A DNA stretch of 64,000 nt from Mizuhopecten yessoensis (lineage: Eukaryota): the NCBI RefSeq assembly GCF_002113885.1, contig NW_018479988.1, forward strand, positions 129,176-193,175, written 5' to 3'. The stretch's first letter is position 1, and each line of letters opens with the position of its first letter. The notes under the pieces were generated by a model. The model saw nothing but the letters and a program-made list of their open reading frames with translations, had not been told where the DNA came from and searched no databases. Position numbers and translations under genes: made by a program. Below, piece after piece: positions 52,001-64,000 of the stretch.

Positions 52001-55000
52001 CTGGACTTGGTGTTACTTACCCGTAACTTGTCCTGTAGAGCTGACCCAAGGCTACTAATCTTCTTCACCTCCTGCACTTGGTATTACTTACCCGTAACTT
52101 GTCCTGTAGTGCTGCCCCAAGGCTACTAATCTTCTTCACCTCCTGGATTTGTGTTACTTACCCGTAATTTGTCCTGTAGTGCTGATCCAAGCCTACTAAT
52201 CTTCTTCACCTCTTGGACTTTGTGTTACTTAGTGTTACTTACCCGTAATTTGTCCTGTAGTGCTGATCCAAGCCTACTAATCTTCTTCACCTCTTGGACT
52301 TTGTGTTACTTAGCCGTAACTTGTCCTGTAGTGCTGACCCAAGGCTAATCTTCTTCACCTCCTGGACTTGGTGTTACTTACCCGTAATTTGTCCTGTAGT
52401 GCTGACCCAAGGCTACTAATATTCTTCACCTCCTGGACTTGGTGTTACTTACCCGTAACTTGTCCTGTAGTGCTGCCCCAAGGCTACTAATCTTCTTCAC
52501 CTCCTGGATTTGTGTTACTTACCCGTAATTTGTCCTGTAGTGCTGATCCAAGGCTGCTAATCTTCTTCACCTCTTGGACTTTGTGTTACTTACCCGTAAC
52601 TTGTCCTGTAGTGCTGCCCCAAGGCTACTAATCTTCTTCACCTCCTGGATTTGTGTTACTTACCCGTAATTTGTCCTGTAGTGCTGATCCAAGGCTGCTA
52701 ATCTTCTTCACCTCTTGGACTTTGTGTTACTTACCCGTAACTTGTCCTGTAGTGCTGCCCCAAGGCTACTAATCTTCTTCACCTCCTGGACTTTGTGTTA
52801 CTTAGCCGTAACTTGTCCTGTAGTGCTTTACCCGTAATTTGTCCTGTAGTGCTGACCCAAGGCTACTAATCTTCTTGACCTCCTGAACTTTGTGTTATAT
52901 TACTTACCCGTAATTTGTCCTGAAGTGCTGACCCAAGGCTACTAATATTCTTCACCTCCTGGACTTGGTGTTACTTACCCGTAACTTGTCCTGTAGTGCT
53001 GCCCCAAGGCTACTAATCTTCTTCACCTCCTGGACCTGGTGTTACTTACCCGTAATTTGTCCTGTAGTGCTGATCCAAGCCTACTAATCTTCTTCACCTC
53101 TTGGACTTTGTGTTACTTACCCGTAACTTGTCCTGTAGTGCTGCCCCAAGGCTACTAATCTTCTTCACCTCCTGGATTTGTGTTACTTACCCGTAATTTG
53201 TCCTGTAGTGCTGATCCAAGCCTACTAATCTTCTTCACCTCTTGGACTTTGTGTTACTTAGCCGTAACTTGTCCTGTAGGGCTGACCCAAGGCTACTAAT
53301 CTTCTTCACCTCTTGGACTTTGTGTTACTTACCCGTAACTTGTCCTGTAGTGCTGCCCCAAGGCTACTAATCTTCTTCACCTCCTGGATTTGTGTTACTT
53401 ACCCGTAATTTGTCCTGTAGTGCTGATCCAAGCCTACTAATCTTCTTCACCTCTTGGACTTTGTGTTACTTAGTGTTACTTACCCGTAATTTGTCCTGTA
53501 GTGCTGATCCAAGCCTACTAATCTTCTTCACCTCTTGGACTTTGTGTTACTTACCCGTAACTTGTCCTGTAGTGCTGCCCCAAGGCTACTAATCTTCTTC
53601 ACCTCCTGGACCTGGTGTTACTTACCCGTAATTTGTCCTGTAGTGCTGATCCAAGGCTACTAATCTTCTTCACCTCTTGGACTTTGTGTTACTTAGCCGT
53701 AACTTGTCCTGTAGTGCTGACCCAAGGCTACTAATCTTCTTCACCTCCTGGACTTGGCCTGATTTGTCCAAGACTTCTGACCTGTTCAAAATGTAGCAAT
53801 GATAATAAATGATAATATCAAACTGTCTTACCATGGTGAGCTGTAATCAGATATAATGTTCAGGAGCTAGGCACCCACACCATAATTAAAATACGACATT
53901 TTAACTGAAGGAGAAACAGTTCAAAATGAAAAAATAAATCATGAAATGCTTCCCTGAAAGATTTACTCAATGTTCTCTTCCAAAACAGCATTAATTTAAT
54001 AGCAATTGTAACCTTAGCTTTGACCTTGGAACTAAAATAAGAACTAATCTGAGGTGCTCTCATACCTGACCTTTACCTAAGTGGAGAGAGATGACACCGA
54101 ATTGGGATACACATGGATCATGTTAGATGTCCTTTTCCCCTTCCCAGACAAATAAAGGGGATATAATACTTTCAACTGAAATATACAGTATCTCAAAATT
54201 GTATTTCTCTGATATAGGGTCAAATATAGGACCCTTATTTAGAATCCTATTCTGTTGATTATCTATTACTTACTGGAACTGTGAGATGACGGAGGCATAG
54301 ATCCCCGAGGATGCTGATGCTGTACAACTGCTGTCATGTTTGTACTGATTATTGGTGGTATCTTCCAAGTTAACAACAGTTATTGGCACTTTTACAAAGT
54401 CAGCATCACTGAAAAAGATTACACGTAGTTGGACTTAAAATAAAATTCATAATTAACACTGGCAATATTCAACATGGAAACACAGATGGACGAGCAGTAA
54501 TCCGATGCCAGGATACTCCTCTAAGGTAGCAGTGTACAGTAGTGTACGGTGGCCATGGTTGATATTTTTGTACAAAGAATAACCCCTGTAATATTACAGG
54601 CATCAAAATTTTTAAAAAAAATCAGCAATAAAATTTGCATATACATGATGAAGTGGACTATGTGGGCTTCATAATTTTTTTATTTTTTTTTAATTTGGTT
54701 TGAGACTACAGTTTGGCCATTTACAAATCTGTGTCTACACAACAAATGCTAGCTTTTCATTTAGTCTATTTTTGTACTCGGCACATGTGTTAATATTGTG
54801 AAAAGTCCACCAGAATAACCAATGCTAAAAAGTGAGTATTTCTGTTACCGAGTAGGTGATATGTAATTTAAGACATGTTTTGTGAAGAAAATTACTACCT
54901 GCAGAGGTCAAATTTGGGGTTAAAAATCATGTTTTTTGTTGCATTTTTTGGTGTTTTTTTGTTGGGGTAACCATGGTTTTCACAAGTCCCAAATCTGGGG

Positions 55001-58000
55001 AAAACACTTTTTGAAAACAAAATCATTCTTCTAAAAAAACTGTATTCAAAATGTAGTTTATAAATATAAATATATATATGTAGGTGTGTTGTGCAAGATG
55101 AATTCACTATTCATGTTTATCTGAGACATGCCCTTTCTTTTTAGGATCAGGCCATTTCTACCCAATGTTGTTGTGAGGTGGATAAAAATTAAGGTATTGC
55201 TTGTGCTTCCATTTACCATCAAAAACAATTAAAACTTATGAAATTCCTGAGTGCTACATAAATAAAGGCAGATTTGACTCCAATCTGAACTTAATCTTCG
55301 CCTTTGTATATAATATATAAATGCTGACCAAATTTTATCAGAATCTGGTTAGTATGTTAATTAAATATGTATGGGTTTGACTTAACTACATCAATGCCTT
55401 CATTAGCTTTTTCATATTTTGCCTTCTCCCAAGTTTCATCCTAATTGAATGGTATTTCAGTAAGTTACAAACACCAAAGCTTTAACAGACCTGATGGAGG
55501 TTTCTAAACATTTTCTTCAGGTTGGTATGTATGGATTATGAAAAGTTTTTGTTACACAACCAATAGGTGTTTCTATGTGATGTTTCGATGATTAGTACGG
55601 TATGTACTCTATCACCTTCATCAGACAAATGACAAGTGAAGCGTATGCACGCAAAGGTGTAAAATGTGTACGAGTTGTCATGTCACATGTACAATAGTTG
55701 TTATATATGTATTGAAATGACTCGATTCAGATATGCTTTGTTTAATACTTGGTCATAGATGTGCGAGATTTTGTGGACAACTCGTACACATTTTACACCT
55801 TTGTGTGCATACTCTTCACTGGTCATTTGTCTGATGAAGGTGACAGTTTACATACGCTTCCCTGGTCATTTGTCTGATGAAGGTGACAGTTTACGTACGC
55901 TTCACTGGTCATTTGTCTGATGAAGGTGACAGTGTACATACGCTTCACTGGTCATTTGTCTGATGAAGGTGACAGTTACATACGCTTCACTGGTCATTTG
56001 TCTGATGAAGGTGACAGTTGACATACGCTTCACTGGTCATTTGTCTGATGAAGGTGACAGTTTACATACGCTTCACTGGTCATTTGTCTGATGAAGGTGA
56101 CTGAGTACATACCATACTAGTCATCAAACGTCACATAGAAACACCTATTGGTTGTGTAACAAGAACTTTTCATAATAAGACCTGATGGAAGCTTTCCATA
56201 CCATAATACATCCATCCAATATTTATTGATAGGCACATGAAAAGGGATTTAACATCAGTGACACACCACAGAGGTTGCAGATCAAATTTTAACTGATTAT
56301 TTGCAAATTTTGTTTATAACTGATAATTAGTCCAATGATATTATTTATTATTTAGAATATTATAAACAATCATTACTTATTATGATTTTAAGCAGTTTTC
56401 TCATCATATTTAAATCCAACTTCATCTACGGGTAACTCACCCTCAAGCGTCTACTAGGTCAATGACCATCGTGAATAATTAACTTATTGCCAAATACTAT
56501 CTTGTTTAAGCTTACTCTTTGTTGAGTTTGTAGAAACCAAAATCAAAATTATGTGTGGATCTGTTTGGCGTGTTGGAGGAGGTGCACAAAAGAAAGTAGA
56601 AGTCCTCCCGGCCTTGTGATGGTAGCGACTTCAGCATGGTGTGGTGGAGACTCCTCTCTCGCATAGAAAGCCGGGCTGCTGTGTTCCTTCGTGAATGGTA
56701 CCATCCAACAATACACTGAAAGTATAAAATACTTACATCAGGAAAGTGAAAAAGATCTTCAAAGCTATTTCGGGAGTTTCCCTGTTAATTTTGGATAGTC
56801 CACCTTCCTCCTATCAGGATAATTTGACAGCGTATTGCAATCACTTCAACCCAATTTCTCTACTAGTGTACAATGTTAGATATTTTCAATGCTTTTTTGT
56901 AGCACAGAAAATGTGTAACCAATGAATATATATATTATATTTTAAACAAATTCATATCATAAAACTGTTCAAAGGGAAATGAACATATTAACAAGTTATC
57001 ATGAAGTTATCAGTTCCAGCTGCTTACTTTATGAGATATGTATTTTGATCATTTTGATAGAAAACTGACTTCAAATTTTTATTTTTTTTCATTTTGTATG
57101 GTGTCATTGTAACAGCCAGGGTCATATGTCATAATGAAGATGGGTTTCTAGATGGACACCAAGAAAAAAAAAAGATTGAGAAAAGATAAGAGATCTGAAG
57201 ATTCATTTTCTTTTCTTCAATGTCCCTGAGGTGAAGCAAAAGACACAGAAGAAAACCTGGCCTATTCTACATAAGGCGTCACATTATTGCCTCTTACAAT
57301 ACCATGCAGAGAAATACAGCAGGCCCATTTTTTCCCCTGAACCTGCATGGGTTGTAAATCATGATAAAAATGTTATTGAAATTCAAAGCAGTGGCAGCAT
57401 ATATACAACAACAGTTGTAGTGGTAATACAGCAGCCTATGCACCAGACAACATACCTTTTCTCCATGCTTTTTTATCTGTTCTGTGATGCATTTCTGTAA
57501 CTGATCTTTTCTGGAAAGAGCAGTGCTCCTCTGCAGCTCATGACAAGAGTAAATGTCTGAAATAGCAAAATAATATAAACATTACATTGAACCACATGTG
57601 TCATATTTTCTTCAAAAAAAAGAAACATCATCATCGTGCAGACATCGAAAACACTTCAACTTTAACTTGCTCATTTCTAATAAACCATTTTTATTTCCAA
57701 GATCACAAGCAGAATTTAGGTTAAGGGGAACGTCAAAGGTACCACTGCACAAATTATAATCATGAAAAAGAGTGATTTCCCCCAATATTATACACAGAAA
57801 ATAAAGCAGGAGTTTATCAATCTGGCTTAGAGGTACTTTCCTGGGCAAGGTATCCTTTCAATTTTTGATAATAGTTCTGTCTTCATGAACATGGTTTAGG
57901 CACTTGGCAGGAATTCAATTAGCTATCCGAAAACAGTCGGCATATTTTGATATTTTATACTTAAGACGCACCAACATATGTTCTTATTACTATGTACTAG

Positions 58001-60420
58001 ATTATTATATATACCAAGCCATCCTTCCATCCTGTTGTGGGATATACATGTTTCTATGCTCCCCAAACACGGTGCAGATATACACACCTGTTTCAGTGTT
58101 TGTATCCTTGACATGGACCCTAGCCTATATCCACAGTGTGTGATACATGTGTGGGGTATGCTGAAGTGTGTAATGCATTCTGCTTGTTATGGGTCTGTAT
58201 GTCCAACAGCTCATTTATAAATCATGTCACACTATACTATACAGAATGAGAAACATATTCCCAAACTAAGACCTTATTTCAACCACTATAGGCAGGACGA
58301 TTAGGTTATAAGTGTCTTCTCTTTGTATGAAGTTGGAATATCGGATATTGGGTGAGCATAAATAAAGTTAACTCAGTGCTGAGCACTATTTATTACAAGA
58401 CAATTAACCAATACTTAACACACAAGTAATGTTTTACTCACAAAGCTTTGTTTCAACCTTGTAGTTGTTTATCTGAGAATCACTGATGGTGTCCTTCACA
58501 GAGTGGCTTACTTTACCAATCAGAAGTCCCTCCTGCCAACAGAAGAGCATTAATTATACATATATATATAATATTTCATTTGGAAATCAAATTCTACCAT
58601 TAAATTATGTTATGCTAATAAAAAGCCCAACTCTTCTGAACTTCATGTATTAGCAATGATAAGCCCTTTTGATTTCTAATCATAAATCCATTTTTATGTA
58701 CATCATTGCTAACCATATCATATGGTTATAGCAATGATGTACATAAAAATGGATTTATGTTAAATATTATTTAACAGCGACAATTTTGTGTAAGGCCTCG
58801 AGCTCACTCCAGTATATCAAGGCTACGTTCAATTTTAAGCCAATTTCTTGTTAACATACATATTACAGGGTTAAGCAAATGCTTTGTGATATGCCAAACA
58901 TATGTACCCCTTTGCTTATTGATAACCAGATGTATGCCAGTGATAAAACCATTTATGTTAAAGGCCATCCGCAGCTCAGTATATAACTCCACCCCTTGTT
59001 AAATATATTACAAATTATATACATCATAAGCCCAAACTCTGTATATATAGCCTGCCCCTATTTGCCTAATGTTGAGGTCGAATGAGTGTATTGATAAACG
59101 GAAATAGGAAGTACCTCCCTAGTTGAAAATCCAATGTAGAGAGACAGTATATATCACAATTTCCACATAATCTAATGTTAAATCTTAAAATGATGAATAC
59201 AGTATGTTTATTATTGACAGAACAATTACTATGTGTATATGGTTTTATTATAAAATGTTAATTTTTAATCCTTTATAGATAAATATTACTTTACACAATT
59301 TCAGCATTTATTAAATTGATATACATTAATGCAAAACTAATCTATGGCAGTATTATTTTTATTGACAATATTTGCCGAATTGTTTCTTTCATTTATTTTT
59401 TTTCAAAATTCACTCCTATTTACATTAATTTCCATTTAAAATCCATGCAGACAACCTATATCTTTTTTGTGGCAGAACATTTTCTTTACTTCAAAGCAAT
59501 ATAACTACAAAATTTGAAGAAATTCAACTGAGAAATGACGATACAAACCTATTACCTTAACTGATTTTTGAACAATTAATGGGTTTTTTTCCTTCAAGAC
59601 GATTCATCATTTGGAAATATGTAATATCAAAGTTTTACTAATTTATACACATTTACAATTGTACATATGTATATAGTGTCGCAACATTTCAAGACCAACT
59701 TTACAAATTCCCTTCGTTAAGTTTTGACTGAATGAGCGATTTGTATTGTTTACCTGTACAACAATGTGTGACGAAATTGTATATTTCTTATGTCACTCAG
59801 TCATAGCTTAATGGAAATTGTTTCTGAGATGAGTAATAACTACTGCTACCCAAATGCAGGATTATTATACACATTTGTGCAGTTGTGCCTAATGCAACAT
59901 GTTATATGCAGAGGTACAATCAAATATAAATAATGATATTTCACTTTGATAATAATCAAGCATGAGTGACTTCCTCTGTCACACATACATTTGTTTTGTT
60001 ACCATATGTATCATGAAAAATGAATCAAAACATCAGTCTGTCAGTCAGAAATATAATTATTAAAAATCGTGATCACTAACAGATGAATTCATTCCAGTGC
60101 ATGATATCGATCGCACGTAAGATTCAGACACATATAATCGTTTTCGATACGTGATATGCCCAAAATGGCATCGGCTTTATCCAGTAACTGTTTTGTGCCA
60201 GCTGATGAGTCAGTCGACCTGTCACTGTCAGCTATGTCAGGAATCTAAATTGCGTACAATCGTGAATAAAGCTAAACCCATTTGATTTCATTCATATGCA
60301 AAAATTGCTGATAAATTCCCAATAATGAAAAGTTCATTTTGCATATACCTGATCACCAGAACAACGAGACTGATCATAAAATAGTGAAGCAAGCACTGGT
60401 CCTGAAATTATTGCCGCCAT
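49063..60420 (-). CDS. ABRAXAS1: BRCA1-A/BRISC complex subunit Abraxas (FAM175 family, MPN- domain), 8 exons, 635 aa
   Basis: Phase-compatible exons: 60420-60349 (MAAIISGPVLASLFYDQSRCSGDQ), 58532-58442 (EGLLIGKVSHSVKDTISDSQI..), 57556-57456, 56715-56516 (IVGWYHSRRNTAARLSMRERSLH...STHNFD), 54408-54274 (FVKVPITVVNL), 53781-53697 (QEVKKISSLGSALQDKLR), 50688-50469 (coiled coil DLTRSVDQSERQLHVLEQEV), 50066-49063 (ends SSSPVF*); total 1908 nt. The motifs match the Abraxas/Abro1 family, and C-terminal SPxF is the BRCA1-BRCT-binding motif. The exon-6 donor is non-canonical in this assembly. Confidence 0.92.
51855..53757. repeat. 71-bp minisatellite (about 27 copies) made of the 3' end of Abraxas exon 6 plus its splice donor
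   Basis: Minus-strand unit CAAGTCCAGGAGGTGAAGAAGATTAGTAGCCTTGGGTCAGCACTACAGGACAAGTTACGG|GTAAGTAACAC; the first unit is the coding exon itself. Confidence 0.95.
55535..56176. mobile_element. Inverted pair of Penelope-like terminal repeats with minimal hammerhead motifs, plus an internal 43-bp tandem array
   Basis: Arms at about 55535-55680 and 55776-56176 are reverse complements; each contains TGT-CTGATGA-AGGTGAY...RTCATC-(G)AAA-CR-TC-ACA; about 7 copies of CTTCACTGGTCATTTGTCTGATGAAGGTGACAGTTTACATACG in the right arm. Confidence 0.75.
58681..58759. repeat. Near-perfect 79-bp palindrome in Abraxas intron 1
   Basis: CATAAATCCATTTTTATGTACATCATTGCTA-ACCATAT-C-ATATGGT-TA-TAGCAATGATGTACATAAAAATGGATTTATG. 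Confidence 0.9.
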
Positions 60421-60460
60421 TTTTGTCTCATCTTCCTCATTTTCACTTCCGCTTCCTGTT
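60413..60460 (-). promoter_or_regulatory. Housekeeping-type 5' region of Abraxas (YY1-like and ETS-like motifs)
   Basis: AAAATGGCGGC overlapping the start codon; CAGGAAGCGGAAGTG just upstream; locally CpG-rich. Confidence 0.5.
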
Positions 60461-62285
60461 ACGACGATCTCTCGGGTATTTTACTGCTGACGACTCGGGC
60501 GTACACACGACGAGTATAACTTGTTAATTTATTCAAAGCTAATTAATAGTGGTAAAGAATACATAAAAAGACACACTTGTTCTAATGAATAAGACACCAA
60601 TGCAACGTAAACATAACACCGGCTGAAGGTAGAGACTAAAAGTAGCTCGTTTCCCGGTAACAGAATCAACCGGATTTTAATAGACCCGTTGATGATTAAA
60701 AACTTTATTTTTAGAAAAAACATTCCTTTAAAAATAACACAACTGATAAAGTTGCCTGATTTAAAAGACATTGAAATTCGAATCAGGACTGGTGGCGCAC
60801 CAACTTGGTGGTGGATGGAAAGGCTGCTATAGCGCTATGACATGTAGAAATGAATGAGCATGGAATAGCAATTATGCAAAATTAAAAAAAAAAAATAGTA
60901 TCGGACTTGAACAATGTTAACAGCCTTAGAAATCAAATACCTCTTAAAGTACTAGCACGGAATGGTATTACAAGTCCGCGTTATAACAGTAGTGAGATAT
61001 TGTCAAGTCCCCGATAATTATTTTGGGGCTGACTAGATATAGGCAATCGATACTGGGATTTTCATCAGAAAATAAAGCCAGTGTTCTAGGAAAATGTGAA
61101 GTATTTTTCTTTTGTAACTTTCCAGTAATTTAAATATTGAGTAAAAATCCATTTATATGTTATGTATAGATAGAGACACTTGAAAAAGTAAAATACCAAC
61201 ACTGGTACATCTAACTTCACTTCGTGCAACATGCATGACATGGCTCAGACCACAAAAAAAGGAAATAATAATAATTGGGAAAATTTAATAATGCATGTGC
61301 ATGATAGAATACCGATGATTAGCGACTATGACTTAACAAGATTTTTGTTTATTCAAGATACAATTAGTGTTGAAGTTCCCTCAGCACTTGAGTAGGATAA
61401 AGAATGTAGTAAGATTGTGTGAAGAGATATCTACCAATGTAATTGAGTTGTGGTATTTTACTCCCTGTCATTACAACACACACATTGTCCTTCAGTATAC
61501 AAACACTGAGAAACTTCGATACGATATTTGTTGCCTTTAGTACTGAGTTTGATATAGAGCTATTTGATAATTGCACTCTTTTTCAGATTACAATATGATT
61601 CAAATATAATACTTGGAGGAATAAAATGCATTTAAACGCACATATACGTATATCTGAGAATATATTACCCCAGTCACAATGAACTAAGAATTGTATCATA
61701 GACGAGTAATGGTTTTTAATGTGTCATGCTATTTTTGTACATAAGTCTATTGTTTAAGTATGAATTTACTGTTATGTTCTTGTAACTCTTCAAATTGAAG
61801 AAAATAAAGAAATTATAATATAGCAACTGTTCCCTCATTGGACACAGAAATAGTAAATGTGTTGCCAAGGGGAACATAAGAAATCTATTATTTTCTAGAT
61901 ATAATATCTGAACGTTGTGGGAGAAAAAAGTCGCCAACTCGTGATGGTCAATTATCGTGTTTATATAACTGGACAGAGACGTATATATTACATTTTTATT
62001 TATGTAATGTATGTCTCTGAATTGGAGTAAGTAAATTTTCAAATCGTAAAGACACTCGATATACCAAGGCGGAACAACCGGTTTGACCGTTTATAAATGT
62101 AACAATTTCGGGTAGAAATCCTAGCGGACCTGCAAATGTTAATGCAGGCCTTGCAAGACTTTGTCAAGGCTCGCCTGAAAACTAGGTCCGACCTTATTTG
62201 ATAAACGAACAACAGTGGCCCGACCGGTTTTATCGTTTAAACGAAAACGGCCCTGGTGTCTTTATACAATTTGACCATTAACTTA

Positions 62286-62868
62286 TAGTAGGGGAGACCG
62301 GGGCAAGTTGGGACCCGGGTCAGTTCGGTCATTCCTGATATTTTTGGTCTTGAGCAAATAGTTCAGTTAACTGGGCGAGATATTCAAACGGAAAAAAATG
62401 GCGAGAAAAACCGATGTATTAAATTACTAACGTTAAAGGAGAGATAAGAAAGAAAATCAGTCATATATATTTGCGAATTTTCAGTGAACCGACGGTATTC
62501 ATAAACGCATATAGCATTGATTTTTCGTGTTCAATTTGGGGCTGGGTAGACCCGCGGGCATGTTCGACCCATTCAACACATAGAAAGTCGTGAAACTGGC
62601 GGGGGAATCTGACGTTGCATGTTTAATGACGTCAAAACCATGATGATTTCAACATGGGCCGAACTGAGGCCTACACCCAGACCGCCTGTCCAAACTTGCC
62701 TCAAGGCGGGGCACGTACTTTGGCCATCAAATCTTCCGACAGACAAAAAATCTTCATTACGGCCCCGGATATGTTTGCCCATTTTTTTTTATGAACGGCA
62801 TGGAATTTCTCTTCAAACTGGTGAATGTCTTAAATGGGTTGACGAACTTGTCCCGGTCTCCTCTGCGG
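62286..62868. mobile_element. TA-flanked MITE (Tc1/mariner superfamily-like)
   Basis: Degenerate TIRs GTAGGGGAGACCGGGGCAAGTT / AACTTGTCCCGGTCTCCTCTGC, flanked by TA. Confidence 0.7.
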
Positions 62869-62944
62869 TAACTCGAGTTACAAGTGAAAAATGTTAACCA
62901 ATACCAGAGACGTATAATACATTATACGTCTCTGCCAATACCAA

Positions 62945-63150
62945 CCACCACTCATTGTGGAATCTATTATCATGACATTACCAGACCATTTCCTATCCAC
63001 ATGGAAATCAGTTGAACTTCCATATTGACAGTGTAACCGTAACGACTATTTAGAGAGTTTTATGCTTCCACCGGGGATCGAACCCTTGACACCCAGCTTC
63101 CCAGTCCGCCACTCTACCATTGAGCAGCAGCTAAACGGTAATTCCCTCAA
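62945..63150 (-). mobile_element. tRNA-derived SINE
   Basis: Minus strand GCTCAATGGTAGAGTGG (A-box/D-arm-like) ... GGGTTCGATCCCCGG (B box); no proper acceptor or anticodon stem. Confidence 0.6.
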
Positions 63151-63347
63151 GGCGAACCTAGAAGACGACCGTTATCCTACGTACAATTAAAACATGCCAC
63201 AAATGTAGGCAAAAGAAATATTCAATAAAAAAATAAAGGGAAAATGATGCTATGGTAATAACTTAGTCACGATTTTTTATTTTAATTTATCCTCATGTGC
63301 GTCGCAAACTAATTGATTATGAATCCTACTTGACGAACCCCGAACCA

Positions 63348-63606
63348 GGGCCTGTATTTATTAAAGCGATCTCATGCTCAAGAATGGATTTTGTGCTTTA
63401 AAAGCCTTATTTCTTGTTTTAGTTATGAATTAATAAACAACTCTTATTTTGTCAATGATTTGGAGGAAAAATTGAAGAGACTCAAAGCAATTTTCACATT
63501 TGACATTTTGATCGTTTAATGAGATTATTTAAGCGAGTTACAAGAAAGTAGGTTTGAGCACAGAATACATGCTTAAGCATGTGAACAGTTCCATGAATAC
63601 GGGCCC
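63348..63606. mobile_element. GGGCC-terminated MITE (Harbinger-like)
   Basis: Degenerate TIRs GGGCCTGTATTTAT / ATGAATACGGGCCC; second partial copy at 7765-7928. Confidence 0.65.
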
Positions 63607-64000
63607 AAATTATTGTCTACGGTACATTTTTACCTCTACAACATTTTCGAGAAATAATAATTTAAAAAACAATATTAATCGACGTAACGTTACACATTTA
63701 ATCTCACATGTTACTATCATCAAATATTACACGATATAAGGGGTATCTTCATGTCTTTTCCAAAAAAATATAATCGAGTTATCACTTTTGATTGAATTTC
63801 TTATTTATTTATTTTCGAACAAATATTTATTCAGCGTCATGTTTTCCGGAATTTTCTTTCCGTACTCCTCCAAGTTTATTATAACCATGATGTTAATGAT
63901 AAACAACAGTAGACGAGTAACTTGGGAAGCTCCCTATCTCCGACCTTCATTTATGTGAATGAGTATGTCCTTGTCTAAAGATGATGCCCTTCCACCAAGT

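Noticed and set aside
60203-60225. CTGATGAGTCAGTCGAC as a hammerhead core
   Set aside because: Stem II is possible but the required GAAA does not follow.
63060-63135. tRNA gene
   Set aside because: A- and B-box-like motifs are present, but the anticodon and acceptor stems do not pair; better explained as a SINE head.

Overview
AT-rich eukaryotic genomic DNA from an invertebrate animal; the repeat families suggest a mollusc, probably a bivalve (inference). The left two-thirds (about 2.9-39.5 kb, + strand) holds a tandem cluster of five intact four-exon genes. They encode an essentially identical 79-aa precursor, MNKSLMLVLIPCLVAYVMA|QYYQPGYGGMAGYGGGYGPGTYYNYAAQSAQGAKTSNLLNYGLLFFAILILTNATGSITG: signal peptide, Gly/Tyr-rich segment, then a hydrophobic C-terminal block. 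The ORF track shows only their exon 2. Each copy has TATA + Inr, a non-coding exon 1, a 3'-UTR intron and AATAAA. Coding exons are homogenised even between copies whose introns I could not align, which suggests gene conversion. There are also chimeric copies, an orphan terminal exon and duplicated flanks with TE-marked breakpoints. The flanks carry degenerate type-I hammerhead ribozyme motifs spaced about 350 bp apart (retrozyme-like), and one has expanded into a 46-bp minisatellite. The right part holds an 8-exon Abraxas/FAM175 gene on the - strand (60420-49063, 635 aa, ending SPVF). The end of its exon 6 plus the donor is amplified into a 71-bp minisatellite, and the genuine donor reads CT instead of GT in this assembly. 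Its intron 4 has an inverted pair of Penelope-like hammerhead-bearing repeats. The rest consists of CR1/L2-type LINE relics, SINEs, MULE-, TTAA- and TA-type MITEs, a Helentron-like element and several satellites.
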